From: Octopus sinensis
Lineage: Eukaryota
Reading direction: 5' to 3'
Assembly: GCF_006345805.1 (NCBI RefSeq)
Contig: NC_043021.1
Span: forward strand, 2,480,001 to 2,544,000
Length of the DNA: 64,000 nt
Of the stretch, positions 12,201-25,000 are shown one piece after another. Positions within the stretch are counted from its first letter, which is position 1; each line of letters begins with the position of its first letter. Below the pieces are notes generated by a model. That model worked only from the letters and a program-made list of their open reading frames with translations, searched no databases and was not told the DNA's origin. The translations under genes were made by a program, and so were the position numbers.

Positions 12201-15200
12201 ATACGCAATCACACCATCAAACCCTTGAAGCTATGAGATAATGCAGGATTAATTCAAAACAATGTGGATAAATAAGAATTACTTTTGACAGCCTTCTCGG
12301 GGAAATTTCAAACCTGGTTCTCATTCCTAAGGTATCTTTTCATAATATCATTATTATTATTATTATTATTGTGGAGGCGCAATGGCCCAGTGGTTAGGGC
12401 AGCGGACTCGCGGTCGTAGGATCGCGGTTTCGATTCCCAGACCGGGCGTTGTGAGTGTTTATTGAGCGAAAACACCTAAAAGCTCCATGAGGCTCCGGCA
12501 GGGGATGGTGGTGATCCCTGTTGTACTCTTTCACCACAACTTTCTCTCACTCTTACTTCCTGTTTCTGTTGTACCTGTATTTCAAAGGGCCAGCCTTGTC
12601 ACTCTCTGTGTCACGCTGAATCTCCCAGAGAACTACGTTAAGGGTACACGTGTCTGTGGAGTGCTCAGCCACTTACACGTTAATTTCACGAGCAGGCTGT
12701 TCCTTTGATCGGGTCAACCGGAACCCTCATCGTCGTAACCGACGGAGTGCTTCCATTATTATTATTATTATTATTCAGGTCACTGCTTGGAATCAAACTC
12801 GGAATCTTGGGGTTAGATGCCCGTGCTCTTAACCATTATGCCATATGCCTACAGGCATATAATTATAATTATAATAATAATAATAATAGTAACCTTGAAA
12901 AATACCTTAGGAATGAGAACCCAGGTTCGAAGTTTCCCCAAGATACCTAATGAAGGCCGGAGGGTATATCAGCCGAAACATTGTGTTAACAACAAACAAG
13001 ATGAGGACAAATGACCGTCAAATGTAAATAGCATCTGTTCCGGTCTTTCTCCTGTCGTTACTTACCGTTGAAGTTTCCTGCACACACAAGAGCTGGGTTG
13101 GCTGGGTGGAAGGCAACACACATCAAACAACACGATTGCTCAATGACTTTGCTGGCTTTTTTCGAGTCCAAGGTTTGACTGTCTATATTCCAAGTGCAGA
13201 GGGCAGCTTTGTGCGTACACCAACTGTCATGGTCAAGCCGACCATATCTAGGATCAAGTTAAGGGGATTGTTGAACAACACACTGAAGACCCAACATCAA
13301 GCATCATACATAAAGAATAAGAACAGGCTGTGCAAAGGTTAGAGAGCTTTGTTGGTAACTAAAGGCCTCTCCCTCGGAGTGAAAGACAGATTGTATGATG
13401 CCTGTGTATGTATGGCTATGCTACATGGCAATGAAACATGGGCTTTGACTACAGAGGACTTGTGAAGGCATGAAAGAAACAAAGCTAGCATGCTCTGCTG
13501 GATGGGTAATGTCAATGTGCATATGCGACAGAGTGTAAATTATTTCAGAGGAAAACTGGGAATAAGGGACATCAGATGTTGTGTGCAAGAGGGAAGACTG
13601 TGCTGGTATGGTCATGTGATGCATATGGACGAGGACAGCAGCATCAAGAAGTGCTGATCTCTAATTGTGGAGGGAACCTGTGGAAAGGGGTAGACCCAGG
13701 AAGAAGTGGTGAGAAAGGATCTTTGGACACTGGGCCTCACTGAGGAACTGACAAGGGGCCGGGATATGTGGTGATTTGCTGTACTTGATAAGACGCTTCA
13801 AACTAAATAAAACTACTGTCTTCCACACATACAGGCTTGTCCATTACAGGTGCCGGTGCCACTTAAAAAGCACCCGTGTTGGTGCTGCATAGACGCACCC
13901 ATGCTGGTGGCACATAAATGGCATCTAGCCATAGAAACCACACCTCAACAGACACCTGGAGACTAGACAGCTCTAGGTCAAACTGTCCAACCCATGCCAG
14001 CATAGAAAGCAGACATTAAACAATGATGATAGAGCAATTATCATTATGAAAGGTGGCGAACTGGCAGAAACGTTAGCACGCCGGGTGAAATGCGTAGCCA
14101 TATTTCGTCTGCCGTTGCGTTCTGAGTTCAACTTTGCCTTTCATCCTTTTGGGGTTGATTAAATAAGTACCAGTTACGAACTGGGGTTGATATAATCGAC
14201 TTCATCCGTTTGTCTGTCCTTGTTTGTCCCCTCTGTTTAGCCACTTGTAGGTAGTAAAGAAATAAGAATCGTTAGCATGTCAGGCAAAATGCTTGGCAGC
14301 ATTTCTTGTGGTTTTACATTCTGAGTTCAAATACAACCAGGGTCAATTTTTGCCTTTTGTCCTGTTGGGGTTCGATATAAATAAGTACCAGTTGAACACT
14401 GGGGTCCATGTAATCAACTTACCCAACTCCCATGAAATTGTTAGCCTAGTGCCAACATTTGAAACCATTATTATTATTATTGTTTTTGTTGCTGTTGTTA
14501 TTTAAGACGTCACACAGCATCCAATATCCTGATCTTGTTGATTGAAGATATTGTGGCTACTGGGAGAGTGTGATCGTTGCCAGAACAGCCAATGGTTTCC
14601 GTACCCGTGGCACGTAAAAGGGCACCATTCGAGCGTGATCATTACCAACGTCGCTTCACTGGCACCTGTGCTGGTGGCACGTGTAAAAAGATTCGAGCAA
14701 GATCATTGCCAGTACCGCCTGATTGGCCCCTGTGCCGATGGCACGTAAAAAGCACCCACTACATTCTCGGAGTGGTTGGCATTAGGAAGGGTATCCAGCT
14801 GTAGAAACTCTGCCAGATCAAGATTGGAGCCTGGTGCAGCCATCTGGTTCGCCAGCCCTCAGTCAAAATCGTCCAACCCATGCTAGCATGGAAAGCAGAC
14901 GTTAAACGATGATGATGATGAAACTTTGTACTTGTCGGTCAAGTCACAACAAGGACCTCAGATTGACAGTACTTTATTGCAATATGCATGCAGTTCCAGG
15001 TAATGCCGATTTATGCAATACACCTGTATTGGAGGGTGTTTCTAAAGTTTCCAGATGTTTCTTCATCTTGGGTGGTATTGAACCCACTGCTCCTATGACA
15101 ACAGGGACACTCTTTATGTTTGACTCATGTAGCTGACACATCTTGACAATCTCAATTCTCAGGTCTCCATATTTATCAACCTTTTCTCTTTCTATTATTA

Positions 15201-16025
15201 TTATTAGTAGTAGTAGTAGTAGTAGTATAGGCGTAGGAGTGGCTGTGTGGTAAGTAGCTTGCTTATGAACCACATGGTTCCGGGTTCAGTCCCAGTGCGT
15301 GGCACCTGGGGCAAGTGTCTTCTACTATAGCCTCGGGCCGACCAAAACTTTGTGAGTGGATTTGGTAGACGGAAACTGAAAGAAGCCCGTCATATATATG
15401 TATATATATATATGTACGTGTGTGTGTTTGTGTGTCTGTGTTTGTCCCCCTAGCATTGCTTGACAACCGATGCTGGTGTGTTTACGTCCCCGTCACTTAG
15501 CGGTTCGGCAAAAGAGACCGATGGAATAAGTACTGGGCTTACAAAAGAATAAGTCCCGGGGTCGAGTTGCTCGATTAGAGGCGGTGCTCCAGCATGGCCG
15601 CAGTCAAATGACTGAAACAAGTAAAAGAAGGAAAAGAGTAAAGAGTAGCAGCAGCAGTTGTAGTGATGATGGTGGTGGTGGGTTTGGCGGTAGCAGTAAG
15701 GGAATGAAAGGAAGGAGGCGGAGAAGATGTAGCTTTTTTCATTTTTGTTTTGTTTTGTTTGTTTTTTTTCTAGATGTTGTATGTTTATATCTACGAAACC
15801 AAAACAAACAAGGCTTGTTTGTCACAGCTGAAATGGCATCGATTGTGTGTGTCAGCTTTTTTAGGAGAACAGAGCCATAACATTCAAACCACCACACACA
15901 CACAGACACACAGACAGACAATATTATTTTTTAAAAAGAGGAAGAAACATTAAATGATGTACTCAAAACATGAAAAGAAGAAGAAGAAGAAGAAAAAGAA
16001 AGAAGAAAAAGAAGGAGGAGGAGGA

Positions 16026-16058
<33 letters not shown>

Positions 16059-19000
16059 GGAAGAGGAGGAGGAAGAAGAAGAGGAGGAAGAGGAGGAAGA
16101 AGGAGGAGGAAGAAAGGAAGGAGAAGAAGAGGATGAGGAGGAAGAAGAAGAAGAGGTGGATGAGGAGGAAGAAAAGGAGGAGGAGAAGAAGAGGAGGATG
16201 AGAAAAAGAAAGAAGAAAAGGAAGAAGAAGAAGAAAAGCAGTATCTAAATTGAGATAGTCATGGCTGGAAAAAAAAAAAAACCCAGACAAATCAATGAAA
16301 AATGAACCCAGAAAAATTAGTGAGGTGTTAAACTCTTCCCCCCTACCACAGTTAACAGTTGTGAACATGAGACAGGAGGAATGTGTCAAAAAAATGTGGG
16401 AATAGCCTCATAAACAGCGAAGAAGACATAATATTTCAAGTTGACATTTACAGTTTAATATATTTGTCTGACTATAAATAGAAACTACTTCGTGCAGACA
16501 CAGTTATATGGCTACACCTATATTGACTCAGGCAGACACCTGTACAAGATATTGTACTTTGTTCCAATAATAGCCAGCTACAGTCAGCTGTACTTTATTT
16601 CAAGGACATCCAAGCCCCACTTATGTGCCTTGCTACTTACTGTACTTTATATACCAATAATAACATCCGGTCTTTGCTGAGTCACTCAGGCATTAGAAGT
16701 TATCTGACATTCCACAAGCAAACAAGGGGGGGCTCACCTGCTAGAAATAGAAGCCAAATCTCACTCAAACACTTTGGGTGAAGCAGTCTTGGCTTTACCG
16801 AAACATGAAAACGTCAGGCCGCAATGCTCTTAACCCTTTTGTAACCACATTTCTGTTGAAATTAATCATTTTTTTGTTTTAATTAATTTCTTAAATTATG
16901 AAGAAGTTAATAAAATTAGTTTGTTGTAATTAAGCTGTTTTTTGGAACATAAATTAACATGAGAATCTGACGGAAGATTTTAATTTAATTCGTGTCCATA
17001 CAACCAGGTGAGGTGGTCAGAGATGGATTGGTATGAAAAGAGTTAACCATAGGCACTAACTTTCGGCAAAACAACAAGTACAATCTATTCATTAGACTTA
17101 ATTCCATAGGCCCCACCCCACCCCACTTTGATGCTTCAAGTGTATTTGAAACCCCTATTTCCTGTCAATCGACCGCCAATAAAACATCCATGATGTCACT
17201 GGGGTACACAATATTCAATTCAATCATCAGTCAACGTCTGTTGTCCATGCTTTGGACAGTTTTACCAGACAGACAAACGGATTAAGTCGATTACATCGAC
17301 CCCAGCGCATAACTGGTACTTATTTTATCAACCCTGAAAGGATGAAAGGCAAAGTCGACCACGGTGTAATTTGAACTCAGAACGCAGCGGAAGACGAAAT
17401 ACCGCAAAGCATTTCGCCCGGCGTGCTAACGGTTCTGCCAGCTCACCACCTTCTCCAATATATTAAGAAGTTTTAAGTATCCTCTGTTGCCCCCAAGGGG
17501 GGTGGTTACTGTCCATGGGAGGGTAAATGTCCTAGACTCAAAGAGGAAGTGGCCACTCTAAACAGCCCACATTTCCTGCACTATGGAACCAAACTGCTAC
17601 ATGTTAACCATTCATTTATTAATATTTCCATAACACAGTTACATGCACATACATGTGTGAATATTGTAATAAATGCAGGGGGTGGGATAGGGGGTAACTG
17701 AGTGGATATGTTCCTGCCAGGTGAAAAACGGGCCTCATGTGAATTTATACAGGTGACTGTCACAAAGGCATAAAAACCCACACACACGGGGAGGGGGATG
17801 ACGAGGAGAGGAAAGAGTGAGAAACAGAAAAGAGGAAGACAAGCATGAAGAAAGACATGCAGAGAGAGAGGGGGAGAGAGAGGATGAGAAAAGGAAATAA
17901 ATTGCTGATATAAAAAGAAAGACAGTAAGAATAAGAAACAAGGAGGGAGGGAGGGAGGGAGAAAGAGAGAGGAAGCGGGGAGGTGATAGAAGGGAATAGA
18001 TAGGAAGAGAGAGAGAGAGAAAGAGGTAAAGTAAACAATGAGAATCTTCCTTTAAAATGGGATTGCGTGGCACTGCACTGACACTACGTGGCACTCTTAC
18101 ATGACACTGCACTGACACTACATGGCACTCTTACATGACACTGCACTGACACTACGTGGCACTCTTACATGACACTGGACTGACACTACGTGGCACTCTT
18201 ACATGACACTGGACTGACACTACATGGCACTCTTACATGACACTGGACTGACACTACGTGGCACTCTTACATGACACTGGACTGACACTACATGGCACTC
18301 TTACATGACACTGGACTGACACTACGTGGCACTCTTACATGACACTGCACTGACACTACGTGGCACTCTTACATGACACTGGACTGACACTACATGGCAC
18401 TCTTACATGACACTACGTAGCACTCTTACATGACACTGGACTGACACTACGTAGCACTCTTACATGACACTGGACTGACACTACGTGGCACTCTTACATG
18501 ACACTGGACTGACACTACGTGGCACTCTTACATGACACTGGACTGACACTACGTGGCACTCTTACATGACACTGCACTGACACTACATGGCACTCTTACA
18601 TGACACTGGACTGACACTACGTGGCACTCTTACATGACACTGGACTGACACTACATGGCACTCTTACATGACACTACGTGGCACTCTTACATGACACTGG
18701 ACTGACACTACGTGGCACTCTTACATGACACTGGACTGACACTATGTGGCACTCTTACATGACACTACGTGGCACTCTTACATGACACTGGACTGACACT
18801 ACATGGCACTCTTACATGACACTGGACTGACACTACATGGCACTCTTACATGACACTGCACTGACACTACGTGGCACTCTTACATGACACTGCACTGACA
18901 CTACGTGGAACTCTTACATGACACTGCACTGACACTACATGGCACTGCACTGACACTACATGGCACTCTTACATGACACTGCACTGATGCTACGTAGTAC

Positions 19001-22000
19001 TGCACTGGCACTCTTATGTGGTACTGCACTGTCACTCTTACGTGACACTGCACTGGCACTCTTATGTGGTACTGCACTGGCACTCTTACGTGACACTGCA
19101 CTGGCACTCTTATGTGGTACTGCACTGGCACTCTTACGTGGCACTGCACGAGCACTCTTACGTGGCACTGCACTGGCACTCTTACGTGGCACTGCACTGG
19201 CACTCTTACGTGGCACTGCACTGGCACTCTTACATGACACTGCACTGGCACTCTTATGTGGTACTGCACTGGCACTCTTACGTGGCACTGCACTGGCACT
19301 CTTACATGACATTGCACTGGCACTCTTACGTGGTACTGCACTGGCACTCTTACGTGACACTGCACTGGCACTCTTATGTGGTACTGCACTGGCACTCTTA
19401 CGTGACACTGCACTGGCACTCTTATGTGGTACTGCACTGGCACTCTTACGTGACACTGCACTGGCACTCTTATGTGGCACTGCACTGGCACTCTTACGTG
19501 GCACTGCACTGGCACTCTTACATGACATTGCACTGTCACTCTTACGTGACACTGCACTGGCACTCTTACGTGACACTGCACTGGCACTCTTATGTGGTAC
19601 TGCACTGGCACTCTTACGTGACACTGCACTGGCACTCTTATGTGGTACTGCACTGGCACTCTTACGTGACACTGCACTGGCACTCTTATGTGGTACTGCA
19701 CTGGCACTCTTACATGACACTGCACTGGCACTCTTATGTGGCACTGCACTGGCACTCTTACGTGGCACTGCACTGGCACTCTTACATGACATTGCACTGT
19801 CACTCTTACGTGACACTGCACTGACACTCTTACGTGACACTGCACTGGCACTCTTATGTGGTACTGCACTGGCACTCTTACGTGACACTGCACTGGCACT
19901 CTTATGTGGTACTGCACTGGCACTCTTACGTGACACTGCACTGGCACTCTTATGTGGCACTGCACTGGCACTCTTACGTGGCACTGCACTGGCACTCTTA
20001 CATGACATTGCACTGTCACTCTTACGTGACACTGCACTGGCACTCTTACGTGACACTGCACTGGCACTCTTATGTGGTACTGCACTGGCACTCTTACGTG
20101 ACACTGCACTGGCACTCTTATGTGGTACTGCACTGGCACTCTTACATGACACTGCACTGGCACTCTTACGTGACACTGCACTGGCACTCTTACGTGGCAC
20201 TGCACTGGCACTCTTATGTGGTACTGCACTGGCACTCTTACATGACACTGCACTGGCACTCTTATGTGGTACTGCACTGGCACTCTTACATGACACTGCA
20301 CTGGCACTCTTATGTGGTACTGCACTGGCACTCTTACATGACACTGCACTGGCACTCTTATGTGGTACTGCACTGGCACTCTTACATGACACTGCACTGG
20401 CACTCTTATGTGGTACTGCACTGGCACTCTTACATGACACTGCACTGGCACTCTTACGTGGCACTGCACTGGCACTCTTACATGACACTGCACTGGCACT
20501 CTTATGTGGTACTGCACTGGCACTCTTATGTGGTACTGCACTGGCACTCTTACGTGACACTGCACTGGCACTCTTATGTGGTACTGCACTGGCACTCTTA
20601 CGTGACACTGCACTGGCACTCTTATGTGGCACTGCACTGGCACTCTTATGTGGTACTGCACTGGCACTCTTACGTGACACTGCACTGGCACTCTTATGTG
20701 GCACTGCACTGGCACTCTTATGTGGTACTGCACTGGCACTCTTACGTGACACTGCACTGGCACTCTTACGTGGCCCTGCAATCACATCATGAAAATCTCA
20801 AAGCTACAAGACAATACCTGATTAGTTCAGAGACATGGCTGCACGGATAAGGAGTCTGCTTCACAGACTTGAGGTAACGGGTTCAATTTCAAGGCGGTGA
20901 GCTGGCAGAAACGTTAGCACGCCGGGCTAAATGCTTAGCAGTATTTCGTCTGCCACTACGTTCTGAGTTCAAATTCCGCTGAGGTCGACTTTGCCTTTCA
21001 TCCTTTCGGGGTCGATAGAGTAAGTACCAGTTACACACTGGGGTCGATGTAATCGACTTAATCCATTTGTCTGTCCTTGTGTGTCCCCTCTGTGTTTAGC
21101 CCCTTGAGGGTAGTAAAGAAATAGGTTCAATTTCAATGTATAACAACCTTGGGCAAGTATCTTCCTCAATAAAATACAGGAGGATTTAGGTAAAATTACC
21201 TAGGGACATGCTCTGCGCAGTATGTTTCAGTCATTAGACTGTAGCTATGCATGTTGAAGACAGTGACTTTCATGTTTCGACCAGCTGAGCTATCGTCAGA
21301 CTTCAATGCATTCGAGTTAGAATTGCCTTCATATTGTCTCTGTTGAGTTAGAAACATGTTTGGGAGTGTGGGCTTGAGTGAGGTGGTAATTAAGTAGTAA
21401 TTAAGTTGTACAGTGGGTTGTTATGGACAAGTGTTTTGGAGAAATTTTTATCGATTAAATTTGGGGTTATGTTCACCATTATCATCGTCGTTTAACGTCC
21501 GCTTTCCATGCTGGCATGAGTTGGATGGTTTGACTGAGGGCTGACAAGCAAGAAGGCTGCACCAGGCTCCAATCTGATCTGGCAAAGTTTCTACAGCTGG
21601 ATGCCCTTCCTGATACCAACCACCCTGAAAGTGTAGTGGGTGCTTTCTACATGCCATCGACGACACCATGACACGGGTGCCAATCAGGTGGTATTGTCAT
21701 CGGGCCACAACAACGATTTCACTTGCCTCAACAGTTCTTCTCAAGCACAGTTTATTGCCCAATGATCAAAGGGTACTCTTAAATGGGCCTGTAATGCTAC
21801 ACTGGCATAGGCCCAGATTAGGGTCTCACTTGGCTTGCCAGGTCTTCTCAAGCACAGCATTTCTCCAAAGGTTATTGTTTAGAATTTATTCATGCATGAA
21901 GAACTTTGTAAACAAGCCTGAAGGTGTTCCTCTTTTGTTAGGTAGGCAAAAGGTGTGAGGGATTTTTGTTACTTTTGGCATCATTGGATTTAATACTCTT

Positions 22001-25000
22001 AAATCAAATCAAATCAAATCAAACCAAATCAAAATAGATGAACATCAATGGAATTTGTATCCTTGTGGTACCAGTGCCGGTGGCACATAAGAAAACCATC
22101 CGAGCATGACCGTAGCCAGTACCGCATCGACTGGCCTCCGTGCTGAGGGCACGTAACAAACACCATCCGAGCATGGCCGTTCGCCAGCCTCGTCTGGCAC
22201 CTGTGTCGGTGGCACATAAAAACACCATCCGAGAGTGGCCGTCTGCCAGCCTCGTCTGGCACCTGTGTCGGTGGCACATAAAATCACCCACTACACTCTC
22301 GGAGTGGTTGGCGTTAGGAAGGGCATCCAGCTGTAGAAACACTGCCAGATCTGACTGGCCTGGTGCAGCCTTCGAGCTTGCCAGACCTCAGTTGAACCGT
22401 CCAACCCATGCTAGCATGGAAAGCAGACGTTAAACGATGATGATGATGATGTTTTCACAAAGTCCATTATTTAAGCCAGGAGCAAATGGGTGTGTCAGCT
22501 TTTTTAACACAAAAGAATGCAGTTTGGGATGGTCATTTCTTTACTTCTTGTTATTTAGGGTACTTCTTTCCATTTGTTATTACTCAAGGCATGTTATGGC
22601 TTTGCAATACAGAGAGTCGTTTCTCTTGTGCTTTGATGTTCACAAAGTAAAGGTTGTATGTTTACATGTTTCTCTTCAGGTATTCATTGGTTTACAGGTA
22701 ATTTTATTAGTAGGTAGGGACTATCACCTTCCTGTTTTGTGGCGGTGGAGTTCGTTTGATGTTTGTTTATAAAGTTTCTTTCTTCAAATTCTGTTCTAGA
22801 TATATGCTAAAGTAGGCCTGATACAGATGGCCTATTTTCTCTCTTTTACTTGTTTCAGTCATTTGACTGTGGCCATGCTGGAGCACCGCCTTTAGTCGAG
22901 CAACTCGACCCCGGGACTTATTCTTTTGTAAGCCCAGTACTTATTCTATCGGTCTCTTTTGCCGAACCGCTAAGTAATGGGGACATAAACACACCAGCAT
23001 TGGTTGTCTGGGGGGACAAACAAAGACACACAAACATGCACACACACACATATATATATATATATATACATATATACGACAGGCTTCTTTCAGTTTCTGC
23101 CTACCAAATCCACTCACAAGGCTTTGGTTGGCCCAAGGCTATAGTAGAAGATACTTGCCCAAGGTGCTACGCAGTGGGACTGAACCTGGAACCATGTGGT
23201 TGGTAAACAAGCTACTTACCACACAGCCACTCCTATACTACTTACCACATTGCCACGCCTATTTGTATATTTGTGAGTAAAAATGGGAACAAAAATATTA
23301 TGATATAATTTTTTTTTTTAATGGTAAAAAAAAAAGAATTTTTTCAGTTTGCTTGCTTACAAGAATACACTTTAAGAGTGCTTTTTCATCATCACCATCA
23401 TCATGATTACAAGAAAGTTCACCATGAGGGAAGTTCAGCATGAGGAAAACCACCAGACATGATCCTCATTTAACGCCAGTTTTTCATGCTAACATGGGTC
23501 AGACAGTTTGAATGGAACTGGTAAGCCGGAGAACAGCACCAGGTTCCAGTTTGATTCTGGCTTGGTTTCTACGGCTGGATGTCCTTCCTAATGCCAACCA
23601 CCCCAAAAGTGTACTGCGTGCTTTTACACAGCACCGGTACAGGTGCTTTTTACATGGCAGCAGCAACCATGAGCCAGCAAGATTAATTCTAGTACTTATT
23701 CTGTCAGTCTCTTTTGCTGAACTGCTAAGTTATGGGGATGTAAACAGACCAATACCAGTTGTGAAGTCTTTGTGAGTGACAAACACAACAAAAAGACACA
23801 TATACACAAATACACTCTCAAAGACTCCTTGTCTTGCAAAGTTACTTGGTGACCCCCACCAGTGCTGGTGCCACTTAAAAAGCATCCAGTCCACACTGTG
23901 AAGTGGTTGGCATTTGGAAGGCCCTTCCAGCTGTAAAAACCTTGCTGAAACTGATCTCGCCTGTGCTGGTGCCACATAAAAACCACTCAGTTCATTCTGT
24001 AGAGTGGTTGATGCCAGGAAGGACATCCAGCCATAAAATTAGGGAGTCTGGTGCAGACTTCTACCTGGCCAGCTCCTGTCAAACTGTCCAACCCATGCCA
24101 GCATGGAAGGCAAACGTTAAATGATGATGACGATGATGCATGTATGAAAGGCTTCTTTCGGTTTCCATCTATCAAATTCACTCACAAAGCTTTGATCAGC
24201 TCAGGGCTATAATACAAAGCCACTCGGCCCAATGTGCTATGCTGTAGGACCGAACTCAGAACCACGCAATTGGGAAGCAGACAATAATACCTGATCATAG
24301 AGAGTAAAACTAAATCCATTGCCTATTGTAAGACCACTCGCTGTCTCGTCCCTTGAAGCAGTGGGGTGGGTGTTTACCTGTCGTAAGATCTCAGGTGCTA
24401 GCTTCAGTCTGAGACGAACTCAATACCTTGAAGTGCCGCACAAACCTAAAAGTCAGGATCTTTTCATCCCAGCTCCCAGTCTTCAGAAAAGAAAAAAAAA
24501 AAAGGATACGATGCTGCAATGACGGAACCAGAAGAATTCCATGACAAACCAGTCACCTGGCACTGAAAAGACACAAAAAAAAAATGAGAGATCATTACAC
24601 ATAGGTATATACATGTTTCAAGAGAAGGAGGAGGAGAAGGTGATGGTGGGAGCAGTAGTAGTAGAGTCTAACACTGATCAGGCAGGCTTTTAATGAAGGG
24701 TTCTCCAACCATGACCTTTCCATATATTTCCAATTTTCCGAGACTTACATTATCTAATGGGTCCTTTCCTTATTTAAGACAATGAAGAGGGCACAGTCCT
24801 TGGTTTGTGTCAAGAAGAAGTGGTGGTGGTGGTGGTTTTGTTTTAGTAATTAGATCCATACACTCTAATTTCAGGTTAAAGCCCAGGTAGATACATACAT
24901 GCACACACACACAGGTGTTAGGTTGAATCCCTGCCAATGTAGCCCCTGGGGCTCAGTACAGTCGTCTGGCTCATCAGTTTCTGCTGAACCATCCAATCCC

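Larger units (their letters stand above)
13248..24509 (-). other. U12-type (minor spliceosome) GT-AG intron 5 of WDR34, 11,262 nt
   Basis: 5' splice site GTATCCTTT at 24509-24501; branch site CCCCTTAAC at 13266-13258; no polypyrimidine tract before the TAG. Confidence 0.93.

Noticed and set aside
12371-12445. tRNA-like sequence (also at 59583, 20893, 31885 and in family A heads)
   Set aside because: A and B boxes are present but there is no complete cloverleaf, and each continues into a multi-copy SINE body.
15931-16389. Poly-Glu/Lys/Arg and poly-Leu/Phe ORFs
   Set aside because: Simple (GAA/GGA)n repeat.
18901-20850. Five ORFs of 268-626 aa on both strands (VRVPVQCH, KSASAVPH, TALALLCG repeats)
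   Set aside because: They arise from a stop-free 24-bp unit that is open in most frames at once; no splice signals or unique coding sequence; located inside an intron.
22450-22800. Possible Penelope/GIY-YIG remnant on the minus strand
   Set aside because: No recognisable motif could be read in any frame by eye; a profile search would be needed.
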